Shown piece after piece: positions 38,396 to 47,633 of a DNA stretch of 64,000 nt. Each line of letters begins with the position of its first letter. Within the stretch, counting starts at the first letter, position 1. The position numbers were made by a program, and so were the translations under genes. The stretch is from Pseudomonadota bacterium (GTDB lineage: Bacteria; Tectomicrobia; Entotheonellia; Entotheonellales; Entotheonellaceae): the NCBI GenBank assembly GCA_005777235.1, contig SXND01000007.1, positions 5,694 through 69,693 on the forward strand, in the 5' to 3' direction. The notes beneath the pieces were generated by a model. That model had not been told where the DNA came from, ran no database searches, and worked only from the letters and a program-made list of their open reading frames with translations.

Positions 38396-38608
38396 GCCAG
38401 CCTGTTCCCACCACCGTACAGGCGATCCATGCCGCCGAAGCCTGCCGCAAGGCCGGTCTGAGCCCTCTGGCCTGTCCCTAGCTCCACACGGGCCCACTGC
38501 CCTCGGCCCTCTCGGCGTCCCGCCACAGCGCGGTGGCCCGGCGCCGCGTCTCGAGGTCGGCTCTGGAGTAAGAGAGCCCAGCGCACCGCCGCTCACCAGG
38601 GCACACCA

Positions 38609-38637
38609 TTGACTCGCACGACAATCAACGCTAGGAT
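38609..38637 (+). promoter_or_regulatory. candidate sigma70-type promoter (TTGACT-17 nt-TAGGAT)
   Basis: The -35 element TTGACT is at 38609-38614 and the -10 element TAGGAT is at 38632-38637, with a 17-nt spacer. It lies ~70 nt upstream of the E1alpha start. Confidence 0.35.
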
Positions 38638-38707
38638 ACGCTCATCACGACCCAGCGCTGCTTCCGTCTCTGAGCACCTAGCTGCCGGCGGGGTACGTCG
38701 GCACGAC

Positions 38708-39706
38708 ATGGAGGAGCCACCCATGCCCGTTGATATTCCATCGGCTGAGACGCTGAAAGAGATCTATACCCGCATGTGGCGTATCCGTTTGTTCGAAGAA
38801 CAGGCGGAATACCAATCGAGTCAAGGCAAAGTCATGGGGGCCCTGCACACCTACATCGGTGAAGAAGGCGTCGCAGTGCCCGTCTGTGCCCATCTCCACG
38901 ATACGGATTACATCACCAGCACACACCGTGGCCATGGCCACTGTATTGCCAAGGGCGCCGACATCCGCCGCATGATGGCTGAGCTGTTTGGCCGAGCCAC
39001 GGGCTATTGCAAAGGCAAAGGCGGCTCGATGCATATTGCCGATTTCACCGTCGGCATGCTGGGAGCCAATGGCATTGTGGCCGGCGGCTTTGGCCTGGCC
39101 ACCGGGGCCGGATGGGCGGCGCAGTTGCGCCAGTCGGGGCAAGTGGCGGTGTGCTTCTTCGGCGACGGCGCTGCCAACCGTGGACCGTTTCACGAAAATA
39201 TCAACATTGGGGCGGTGTGGAAGTTGCCAGTCGTGTACGTCTGCGAAAACAACCAGTATGCGCAGTGGACAGCCCAGAAGGACGTCACGCTGGTGACCGA
39301 TATTGCCAACTGGGCACCGTCGTATGGCATCCCCGGCGTGCAGGTGGATGGCATGGATGCCCTGGCCGTGTACGAAGCCGCTGGTGAAGCCATTGCGCGC
39401 GCCCGGCGCGGCGAGGGGCCGACGCTGCTCGAATGTAAGACCTACCGCTTCCATGGGCATAATTTTGGCGATCCGCAAATGTACCGCACCCGCGACGAAA
39501 TCGCTGACTGGGTCGATAAGCGTGACCCCATCAAGCGCCTGGCGGCGTATGTACTTGAGGCTGGCATTATCAGTCCGGAAGAAGATCAGGCCATCCAGCA
39601 GCAGGTGGCGGAGGCTATCCACGAGGCGGTGCGCTTTGCGGAAAGCAGCCCGTATCCGACGCCCGACGAGCTGCACAAAGATATTTATTCGTACGAGTAT
39701 GCCTAG
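38708..39706 (+). CDS. 2-oxoacid (pyruvate/acetoin) dehydrogenase E1 component, alpha subunit
   Basis: TPP-dependent E1alpha pattern: YTRMWRIRLFEE...HTYIGEEGVAV...STHRGHGHCIAKG...GDGAANRGPFHENINIGAVWKLPVVYVCENNQYA. An alternative start is ATG 38723. Confidence 0.85.
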   Translation: MEEPPMPVDIPSAETLKEIYTRMWRIRLFEEQAEYQSSQGKVMGALHTYIGEEGVAVPVCAHLHDTDYITSTHRGHGHCIAKGADIRRMMAELFGRATGYCKGKGGSMHIADFTVGMLGANGIVAGGFGLATGAGWAAQLRQSGQVAVCFFGDGAANRGPFHENINIGAVWKLPVVYVCENNQYAQWTAQKDVTLVTDIANWAPSYGIPGVQVDGMDALAVYEAAGEAIARARRGEGPTLLECKTYRFHGHNFGDPQMYRTRDEIADWVDKRDPIKRLAAYVLEAGIISPEEDQAIQQQVAEAIHEAVRFAESSPYPTPDELHKDIYSYEYA

Positions 39707-39891
39707 ATGTCCATTGCGTCCGTCCTGCGCCAATGCCCCCTGGGCCCGCCGGGCTCCAGCCCGGCTCCGGCAGCCACGCTGGTGTGTGGCGCTCCTAGGG
39801 GAAATCCTGGAACACGGGCAGCGTGTGTATGCCATGGACATTTAGAACGCTTGTGGGGAGTATCACGAGACCCCTGGAAGGGAGACAACTC

Positions 39892-40863
39892 ATGCCCAAG
39901 ATTAACATGCGCGACGCGCTACGTGACGCCTTGCATGAAGAGATGGCGCGGGACGAAACCATTATCATCCTCGGAGAAGACGTCATTGCCCACGGCGGCC
40001 CCTATGCTGTCACCCGTGGCATTTACGAAAAATACCCGCTGCGCATCCGTCAGACGCCCATCTCAGAAGCTGGGATTGTCGGCACGGCCCTCGGCGCAGC
40101 CCTGTGCGGGATGCGGCCGGTGGCGGAACTCATGTACGTCGATTTCGTCACCTGCGCCATGGACGAAGTGGTAAACCAGATGGCCAAGGTGCGCTACATG
40201 TTCGGCGGGCAGACCGACGTGCCGGTGGTGCTGCGTTTGCCCTCCGGCACAGCCCGGCTTATTGCGGCGCAGCACTCGCAGAGCCTGGAAGCCTGGTTTA
40301 TGCACGTGCCCGGCTTGCAAGTGGTGATTCCCTCCACGCCGTATGATGCCAAAGGTTTACTCAAAACTGCCCTGCGCGGCAAAGATCCGGTGATGTTCAT
40401 TGAATACAAACGCTTGTACACCAACGAAGGCGAGGTGCCAACCGACGACTACACCATTCCCTTTGGCCAGGCCGACATCAAACGCGCTGGACAGGATGCC
40501 ACGATTGTCGCCACCGGCCCGATGGTGGGCAAAGCGCTGGAAGCCGCCGAGCTGCTCGCGGCGGAAGGTATTGAGGTGGAAGTCATTGACCCGCGCACCA
40601 TTGTTCCGCTCGACAAGGAGACCATTTTCACCTCGGTGCACAAAACCAACCGCGTCATCGTCACCGACGAAGGAGCCAAACGCGCCGGAGTCAGTGCCGA
40701 GATCGCCTCGCTTATTGCCGAAGAATGTTTTGATGTGCTGGATGCGCCGGTGAAACGTCTGGCCTCGGCGAACGTGCCCATGCCGTTCAGCCCCGAGCTG
40801 GAAAAGCTGGTGATACCCAAAGCTGAGCAACTCGTGGCGGCGGTGCGCGCACTCATGGGCTAG
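39892..40863 (+). CDS. 2-oxoacid dehydrogenase E1 component, beta subunit
   Basis: The sequence MPKINMRDALRDALHEEMARDETIIILGEDV...TPISEAGIVG is a typical E1beta. The ATG at 39892 is preceded by GGAAGGGAGA. Confidence 0.9.
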   Translation: MPKINMRDALRDALHEEMARDETIIILGEDVIAHGGPYAVTRGIYEKYPLRIRQTPISEAGIVGTALGAALCGMRPVAELMYVDFVTCAMDEVVNQMAKVRYMFGGQTDVPVVLRLPSGTARLIAAQHSQSLEAWFMHVPGLQVVIPSTPYDAKGLLKTALRGKDPVMFIEYKRLYTNEGEVPTDDYTIPFGQADIKRAGQDATIVATGPMVGKALEAAELLAAEGIEVEVIDPRTIVPLDKETIFTSVHKTNRVIVTDEGAKRAGVSAEIASLIAEECFDVLDAPVKRLASANVPMPFSPELEKLVIPKAEQLVAAVRALMG

Positions 40864-40939
40864 CGCGGCACGCGAGGTCCATGGCATCAATGGGAGGTCG
40901 GGCTTCAGTCCGATAGGCACTGGCTTAGAGCCTGTCCCG

Positions 40940-40967
40940 GTCGGGGCGACCGGCCGGTCGCCCCGAC
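40940..40967. repeat. perfect 28-nt GC-rich palindrome in the E1beta-E2 spacer
   Basis: The sequence is GTCGGGGCGACCGG|CCGGTCGCCCCGAC, with the two halves exact reverse complements. There is no U-tract on either side. Confidence 0.9.
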
Positions 40968-41030
40968 TGCGACACGGACGGGTCTTTGGATGGTCTACTG
41001 GGATGGGCTCCTAGTATGAGGAGAAGGGCG

Positions 41031-42290
41031 ATGGCGCTCGCATTTGGCATGCCCAGCCTGGGGCATACCATGGAAAAAGGCAAAATCATCGAGTGGTTGA
41101 AGCGTGAGGGGGATCCCATTGGCAAGGGCGAGCCCCTGGTGATTATTGAAACCGACAAGGTCATTACCGAAGTCGAATCGCCGATCGCGGGCGTGGTGTT
41201 GCGCATCGTGGCGCCGTCCGAAGAGGAACGCCCCATCGGGGCCTTACTGGCCGTGCTCGGAGCCCAGGGCGAGCAGCTCAGCGACGCCGAGCTACAGCAG
41301 ATGCTCGGGCCGGTGGCTGCCGTGGCGGCGCCGGTTGCCCCCACCCCCGTTGTTGCTCCACGTCCGGAAGCGGCGCCGCGCGATAGCGGGGAGCGGCTCA
41401 AAATTTCCCCCATTGCCCGCAAACTGGCCGATGAGCTGGGCCTGGATGCCAGCACCATTGCGGGCACTGGTCCAGGGGGGCGCATTACCAAGGATGACGT
41501 GTTACGGGTGGCCGACGCCGTTAAGGCAGCTCCAGCCGCCGCGCCGATGACACCGTCCCCCGCTGTCTCTACGCCAGCCCCGTCCCGAGGTCGCCTGAGC
41601 GTGAGCAGCACCATTCCCCTACGCGGTATGCGTGGGCGCGTGGCCGAACGCATGTTTCAGAGCTGGAACACCATTCCCCGCGTCACCGAGGTGATGCAGG
41701 TGGACATGAGTGCGACAGTGGCCTTTCGTGAGGCCATGCTGGGTCAATGGGAGCAGCAGTACGGCCTGCGCATCTCCCTGAACGACATGTTGACCAAAGC
41801 TGTGGCCCTCGCCTTACGGCATCAGCCACGCCTCAACGCCACGCTGGTGGACCAGGAAGTGCGCCTGCACGACAGCGTCAATGTGGGAATCGCGGTCAAC
41901 CTCGACGAAGGCCTGGTGGTGCCCGTCATCTGCCATGCCGACCAGAAGGATCTTGGACAGATCGCACGCGAGGGCCGCGAGCTGGCGGATAAGGCGCGTG
42001 CCGGGCGTTTGCAACTTGACGAGATCAACGATGGCACCTTCACCATTACCAATCTCGGCACCGCCGGCATTGAGCTGTTTACCCCGATTATCAACCCGCC
42101 ACAGGTGGCTATTCTCGGGGTGGGCACCATCCAAAAGCGTCCTGTGGTGGTGGGCGATGCACTGGCCATTCGCCCGTCGGTGTATCTCTGTCTGGTATTT
42201 GATCACCGCGCCGTGGACGGCGTGCCCGCCGCCAATTTTTTACAAGAGTTAAAACGCCTGCTCGAAAAGCCGCAGGAGTACGCGCTCTAA
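41031..42290 (+). CDS. dihydrolipoamide acyltransferase (E2)
   Basis: The lipoyl domain has the lipoyl-lysine motif IETDKVITEVESP. An Ala/Pro linker and a subunit-binding domain (ISPIARKLADELG) follow. The catalytic motif is DHRAVDG. Confidence 0.9.
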   Translation: MALAFGMPSLGHTMEKGKIIEWLKREGDPIGKGEPLVIIETDKVITEVESPIAGVVLRIVAPSEEERPIGALLAVLGAQGEQLSDAELQQMLGPVAAVAAPVAPTPVVAPRPEAAPRDSGERLKISPIARKLADELGLDASTIAGTGPGGRITKDDVLRVADAVKAAPAAAPMTPSPAVSTPAPSRGRLSVSSTIPLRGMRGRVAERMFQSWNTIPRVTEVMQVDMSATVAFREAMLGQWEQQYGLRISLNDMLTKAVALALRHQPRLNATLVDQEVRLHDSVNVGIAVNLDEGLVVPVICHADQKDLGQIAREGRELADKARAGRLQLDEINDGTFTITNLGTAGIELFTPIINPPQVAILGVGTIQKRPVVVGDALAIRPSVYLCLVFDHRAVDGVPAANFLQELKRLLEKPQEYAL

Positions 42291-43087
42291 TGGGACGACT
42301 TGTTGTCCTCGCCCTCCTCACCCTCCTGGGCCTTCTCCCAGGCCTGGCTTCGGCCCAGACCTGGCACGAGAAAACCAGCACGCATTTCCGCGTGTTCTAT
42401 CAGCAGCATCCGGCCTTTGCCAACGCCACGCTGCAGCATGCGGAATTCTACTACCGCCAGATTCAGCTGGATCTTGGCCTGACGCATGTGGTGCAGCGCG
42501 AGCAGCGCCCCTGGCTCTGGGAGCAGCGCTGTCAGATCTATCTGTATCCTGATCGCCTGACGTACCAACAAGCCACTGGCGCTCCGGCGTGGTCCGGGGG
42601 GTTTGTCAAGCATCGCCAGCGCCTCATCTACAGCTACATGGGGGCGGATACCTTCCTGGAGCAGATCTTGCCTCATGAGCTGGCGCACATTCTGTTTCGC
42701 GAGTTTGTTGGGTCTGACAATCCCCGTATTCCGCGCTGGCTCGACGAAGGCGTGGCGCAATACGCCGAGGAGGGACGCCGCGCTGCCTCCTCGGGCACCA
42801 TGCAGCACTGGCTTACCCAGGATGTCTACATCCCGCTGGCGCAGCTCCAGACCCTGCGCCTGGGCCATGCTGCACACGGCGCGGCCCAGGTGTTTTATAT
42901 CCAGGCCGCGACGCTCGTGCACTTTTTCATCACCGTATACGGTCCTCGGCGGTTCCTCGATTTCTGTAGCAATCTGCGCGATGGCTACACGCTTGAGCGT
43001 GCCCTCAGTTTCGCCACTGGCAGCAGTCTCAGCTCACTCGACGCGCTCGAAGACGCCTGGCGGGCTTTCCTGCTGAGCGATCCGTGA
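42290..43087 (+). CDS. secreted peptidase-MA-like zinc metalloprotease (tentative)
   Basis: The signal peptide ends ...LASAQT. It contains HExxH (PHELAHILF) plus a downstream glutamate (WLDEGVAQYAE). Its ATG overlaps the E2 TAA (TAATG). Confidence 0.55.
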   Translation: MGRLVVLALLTLLGLLPGLASAQTWHEKTSTHFRVFYQQHPAFANATLQHAEFYYRQIQLDLGLTHVVQREQRPWLWEQRCQIYLYPDRLTYQQATGAPAWSGGFVKHRQRLIYSYMGADTFLEQILPHELAHILFREFVGSDNPRIPRWLDEGVAQYAEEGRRAASSGTMQHWLTQDVYIPLAQLQTLRLGHAAHGAAQVFYIQAATLVHFFITVYGPRRFLDFCSNLRDGYTLERALSFATGSSLSSLDALEDAWRAFLLSDP

Positions 43088-43129
43088 TTACTCCCCATGG
43101 CTAAAGCCAGGGGGTTTACGAAGGATTTG

Positions 43130-44650
43130 CTAAGTCGTAGTGCCGGAGACGCCCCGCCTGGCTGACGCGGCAGCCAGGCGGGCAAGGTTCAGGTGTTCGT
43201 CCGAGGCGGGATCCGCGGCCTGCCAGCGCTGGGTCACGACCTGCAGATTGGTGTTGGCCGCCTTGGCCTGGCCATTGTGCAGCTGCGCCCGACCGAGCCA
43301 GAACAGATCACGCACCGAGTCCCGGCGTTGCAGGCGTGCCCGCAACATGGCCTCGGCTTTGTCAAACTGCTCGGCGCGGAGATAGGCTTCCAGCATCGTA
43401 TCCTCAAACACTTCGCGCTGGGCGTGACTGCCGCCAATGCGAGAGAGTTGGTCTAGATGCGGCGCCCCAAACAACGGTTCCAGCAGCCGGACGGCCTCGG
43501 CGTACTCCGCATGCGCAAAGGCATTGATGCCCTGCGCCAGGGGTAGCGTCACCTCCCCGGCCAACACATCGCCCTGGTCCGCCAGGCCGCGCAGGCGGTC
43601 AATCATCTGCCCCATATAGACCTCATCCCCGGCGACGGCAAAGGCCAGGGCGGCGTGGGCATCGCGGAAGGCCGGTCCCGGTCGTGTCGCTGCCGGAGCC
43701 GCCAAGTCGCGCACTTCGGCCGGGGGCACGGGAAGCGTGGTGCCGCCATACAGAGACACTCGCCACAACAACGCCGCGCTGTCGTTTAAGGCAGGACTCT
43801 TATTGGCCAGCACCGCCGGGCGAATCTCGGCCGCATAGAGGTCGAGCACACGCGTGTAACGGCCCAGCGCCAACTCAAACAGGGCATGATGCCAGGAGAG
43901 GTGCACACGATACGGCGCCCGCGTGTCAAACGTCTGCAGCCAGGTCGCTAAAAAATCGCCACCGCTGGCAGCGTCGCCGGTCTCGAAAAACACATGGGCC
44001 GCCGAATGCGCCGCAGTGCCGTTGGTGGGACGTAAGGCGAGCGAGCGGAACGCCAGTCGGCGGGCCCCTTCCATGTCACCGGTTTCATGATGCGCAAAGG
44101 CATACTGCCCCAGAAAAGCCCAGTCATCCCCGTAGGCTGGAGCGACACTGCGCATCAAGGCGAGGAGGGTACCCGGGAAACTGGCGACCCCAGCGCCACT
44201 ACAGCCGAGCATAAACAGACGCTGCACCACCCGAATCATCAGCATATCGCGGGGATAGTCGGTCAAGTGCTCGCGGATCAGGGCATAGGCGCTGGGGCCT
44301 TGGCCGTTGACGAACAAGGCGATGGCCTCAACCTGTTGTTGTTCACGGCGGGACACCCCACGCGCCAGAGCCTGGGCTTGCTGTGCAGAGGCCTTGGCCT
44401 CGGGCACCTGGGCCCGGAGGTGCAGCATATACGCCAGCGCGCTGTGCGCCAGCGCACACTCGGGGTCAGCCTCAATCGCTAGGGTGAATTGTTCCTCCGG
44501 GCCGTAATTCTGTTCCAGTAGCAGGTCGATACCCGCGATAAAATGCTCTGCAGTCCGGGCCGAACTCGTGGTCAGCGGCAGGTCATAACGGTCTTGCATC
44601 TGATGGGGCGTTGGCATCAGGAGATTCCTTCCTTGTAGCTGGCTCCTCAC
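43130..44650 (-). CDS. TPR-like helical repeat protein (TTC38-like, tentative)
   Basis: 506-aa all-helical repeat protein. The N-terminus ...YDLPLTTSSARTAEHFIAGIDLLL resembles the TTC38 family as I recall it. Confidence 0.5.
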   Translation of the reverse strand: MRSQLQGRNLLMPTPHQMQDRYDLPLTTSSARTAEHFIAGIDLLLEQNYGPEEQFTLAIEADPECALAHSALAYMLHLRAQVPEAKASAQQAQALARGVSRREQQQVEAIALFVNGQGPSAYALIREHLTDYPRDMLMIRVVQRLFMLGCSGAGVASFPGTLLALMRSVAPAYGDDWAFLGQYAFAHHETGDMEGARRLAFRSLALRPTNGTAAHSAAHVFFETGDAASGGDFLATWLQTFDTRAPYRVHLSWHHALFELALGRYTRVLDLYAAEIRPAVLANKSPALNDSAALLWRVSLYGGTTLPVPPAEVRDLAAPAATRPGPAFRDAHAALAFAVAGDEVYMGQMIDRLRGLADQGDVLAGEVTLPLAQGINAFAHAEYAEAVRLLEPLFGAPHLDQLSRIGGSHAQREVFEDTMLEAYLRAEQFDKAEAMLRARLQRRDSVRDLFWLGRAQLHNGQAKAANTNLQVVTQRWQAADPASDEHLNLARLAAASARRGVSGTTT

Positions 44651-44898
44651 CCCACCGCCGTGTGGTGTCGCAGGAGCGGACTGACGGCATGAGGAGCACG
44701 GGACGATGTTCCAGAGACCAGTGAGCCTGGCGACGCTCTAGAAGCAGTATAGCATTAGATCTGGCTGATGGAGTAGTGTATAAGAGCATACCAGGCGTTG
44801 ACGGACGCCTGACCAGCGCCGACGCTGTGTCACGTCCCTGGTTGCCGCAGGCACGACCAAGAGTGTACTGATGCACACGGAGAAAGAGGGTAGGCCTT

Positions 44899-46449
44899 AT
44901 GCGTTACGACGTCATCATCGTGGGAGCTGGGTCCGCCGGGAATGTTCTGGCCACGCGACTGTCAGAAGACCCGCAACGATCCGTGCTCTTGCTCGAAGCC
45001 GGACCAGATTACCCAGACTTTGCCCATCTGCCCGAGGATCTCAAAAACGGCTACAACACCGCTGCGGCCCTGGTTGGGCCACACAACTGGGCTTTTACCG
45101 GGCAGGGCAATGCGCAGCAGTCAGAGCCTATGCTGGTGCCACGCGGCAAAACCGTTGGCGGCACCAGCGCCATTAACGGCCAGGTCGTGCTGCGCGGCAC
45201 GCCGGAGGATTACGACGCGTGGGCGGCCGCAGGCAACGATGCCTGGCACTATCAGCAGGTGCTGCCGTACTTCCGCAAGATGGAAACCGACATGGACCTC
45301 GGTGGCAGTAGCGCCATGCACGGGGCGGACGGCCCGCTGCCAGTGCGACGCCACCAACCGGAGGCGTGGCAGCCGACGCAAGCCGCCTTCTATCAGGCGT
45401 GTCTGGCGGCGGATTTTCCCCCGGACGCGGATATGAATCATCCCGAATCCACCGGCGTGGGACCGTTCCCGATGAACAATCCCAACGGTATCCGCGTCAG
45501 TACCGCCCTGGCCTACTTGAGCCGGGCGCGTCATCGCCTCAATCTCACCGTCAAGGGTGATATCCGTGCCCTGCGCCTGTTGTTCGATGGCAAGCGTGTT
45601 ACGGGCGTGCAGGTGGAGAGCGGTAGCCAGCCATTTACGGTCGAAGGCACGCAGATTGTGCTGAGTTCGGGGGCCATTGCCTCGCCGCATCTGCTCATGC
45701 TCTCTGGCGTTGGGCCTGCCGCACACTTGCAGAGCCTGGGCATTCCGGTGGTGCATGATCTGCCCGGCGTGGGCCAGAATTTTCGCGATCATCCCCTGGT
45801 GCCGGTCCTCTTCCATATCAACGAAAATTTTATCGACGACGCCCAAGGCCCGCGCTTGCAACTTGGCTTGCGCTACACCGTGCCGGGCTCCAGCATCCGC
45901 AATGACATGCAGATCATGCCCTCGTGGTTTACGGACCCGCGTGGTTACACCTATGCCGATGCCGATCCGCTGGGGGTGCGCTTTGTGGCGATCCTCGAGA
46001 AAGCCTTCGGTTCTGGTGAGATCCGCCTGGCCTCCGCCGATCCGCATGCGCAGCCCGCCCTGACTTACCGTTTACTGTCGCACCCAGGCGATGTCGAGCG
46101 CATGCGGCACGCCGTGCGCCTCGCCGTACAATTGGCCGAAAGCGCGCCGTTTCGCCATGTGCTGACCGAGCGCTTGGCCCCGACGGACGCCGATTTGGCT
46201 TCGGATGCGGCGCTGGATCGCTGGCTGCTCGCCAACGTGTCCACGGCGCACCACTTGGCCGGGACGTGCAAGATGGGTCCGGCCTCTGATCCCATGGCGG
46301 TGGTGGACCAGTATTGCCACGTACACGGGGTAGAGGGCCTGCGCGTGGTGGATGCGTCCGTGATGCCGGACGTGGTACGGGCCAATACCAATGCCACAAC
46401 GATTATGATTGCCGAGCGCGTGGCGGATTGGGTCAAGGCTGGGACATAG
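44899..46449 (+). CDS. GMC-family FAD oxidoreductase (choline dehydrogenase-like)
   Basis: The N-terminal FAD fold is YDVIIVGAGSAGNVLATRLSED. It also contains the GMC signatures GGTSAINGQV and the C-terminal HLAGTCKMG. Confidence 0.85.
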   Translation: MRYDVIIVGAGSAGNVLATRLSEDPQRSVLLLEAGPDYPDFAHLPEDLKNGYNTAAALVGPHNWAFTGQGNAQQSEPMLVPRGKTVGGTSAINGQVVLRGTPEDYDAWAAAGNDAWHYQQVLPYFRKMETDMDLGGSSAMHGADGPLPVRRHQPEAWQPTQAAFYQACLAADFPPDADMNHPESTGVGPFPMNNPNGIRVSTALAYLSRARHRLNLTVKGDIRALRLLFDGKRVTGVQVESGSQPFTVEGTQIVLSSGAIASPHLLMLSGVGPAAHLQSLGIPVVHDLPGVGQNFRDHPLVPVLFHINENFIDDAQGPRLQLGLRYTVPGSSIRNDMQIMPSWFTDPRGYTYADADPLGVRFVAILEKAFGSGEIRLASADPHAQPALTYRLLSHPGDVERMRHAVRLAVQLAESAPFRHVLTERLAPTDADLASDAALDRWLLANVSTAHHLAGTCKMGPASDPMAVVDQYCHVHGVEGLRVVDASVMPDVVRANTNATTIMIAERVADWVKAGT

Positions 46450-46470
46450 CACGGTGGCGACCGGATGCCC

Positions 46471-47439
46471 TTACCGCGGGCCGCACGCCGCGGTGAGGGC
46501 TTGGAGGTCGGCGGCAGTCAACGTCAGCGGGTCGAGATCTTGCTCGCTTAAGAATTCGTGCATCACGGCCTCTTCGTCAGCCACATGCTTGAGCCCCAGG
46601 GCGTGCCCCAGTTCATGAGCTAACACGAGGAGGAGATCCTCGGGGCCGCGAAATTGGTAGATCGTGATGTCTGTGCCATTAAACTCTCCCTTGTGAAACT
46701 GACGTTGTGACCGCGAGAGCCAGTTATACGAGCGCACCTTGCGCGTGTAGGTGGTGATCAGCGTCTTGTCCTGTTCTTCTAACATCTGCAGCGTATGCCT
46801 GATCTCTCGTATCTCTTGTGTCAGGGCGCGGAGTTGGGATTGATCGGCTTCCAGGGAGGACCGTTCAGCCGCGAGGGTCTGCTGCGCCGATAATGGCGCG
46901 CCGCCCTGGGCGTTCCACTGGTCCACCTCAGCGTTATACGCTTGGAGCCGGGCCCGATGCGCTTCCTGCGCGGTCGTGTAGTGTAGGTGCTGCTCTTCAT
47001 ACGTTCTGCGCCACGTAAGGTAGGACTGCGCCAGGCTGGCATGCGTGGCTTCAGCTTGTTGGAGCTGCGGCAGCAAGCGTTGTTGGGCCTGCGTCGCATT
47101 TTGCCGCTCATCAAAGACAAAGTTGACGGTTAGCGGCGCGGTGCTCGTTTGGACGAAGAGGTTACGCCCAGCCGCCGTTTCCCACAGCCTCTCAGCCTGC
47201 CGCAGGGCTTTATACACGGCCCGGTCATCCAGATAGAAGCGGGGATCGAGTTGGCCAATCTTGTAGGCCACAGGCGTATGACAGGGTGGGACGCGTTGTC
47301 GCCATATCCAGAAACCACAGACAACGCTGAGAAGCAGACCGAGCACGGTGAGACGAGTGGCCATAGTTACCAACTGCGCAGGTGAAGTCGTGATGTTTGG
47401 CGTCATGGCGGCGCCTTGGCGCCGTACTCTGCGACACAC
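46471..47439 (-). CDS. membrane-anchored matrixin (M10)-like zinc metalloprotease
   Basis: Contains the zinc motif VLAHELGHALGLKH. It has an N-terminal TM helix and a central coiled-coil region. The start is uncertain; alternatives are 47406 and 47364. Confidence 0.65.
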   Translation of the reverse strand: MCRRVRRQGAAMTPNITTSPAQLVTMATRLTVLGLLLSVVCGFWIWRQRVPPCHTPVAYKIGQLDPRFYLDDRAVYKALRQAERLWETAAGRNLFVQTSTAPLTVNFVFDERQNATQAQQRLLPQLQQAEATHASLAQSYLTWRRTYEEQHLHYTTAQEAHRARLQAYNAEVDQWNAQGGAPLSAQQTLAAERSSLEADQSQLRALTQEIREIRHTLQMLEEQDKTLITTYTRKVRSYNWLSRSQRQFHKGEFNGTDITIYQFRGPEDLLLVLAHELGHALGLKHVADEEAVMHEFLSEQDLDPLTLTAADLQALTAACGPR

Positions 47440-47633
47440 GCGCAGACCCCCGCCCGTCTACAGTGCCTCTCTGTGCCAACCGATCTGTGACCACCCTATT
47501 CTACCCGTCCGCGGATGCCTGCAGCAACGCGAGGGTGGGCGGGGAGATCTGCAAACGCTCCTGTGGTAGAGTACCGGCCTCTGGTAGATGGCCCATCGAG
47601 GCCTGGGCACCGCGGGATGAGGACGAGGGGACA

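Noticed and set aside
39707-40174. 155-aa ORF starting at the ATG immediately after the E1alpha stop (TAGATG).
   Set aside because: It runs out of frame into the well-supported E1beta gene. Its sequence is Pro/Arg/Cys-rich with no motif, so it is most likely non-coding spacer.
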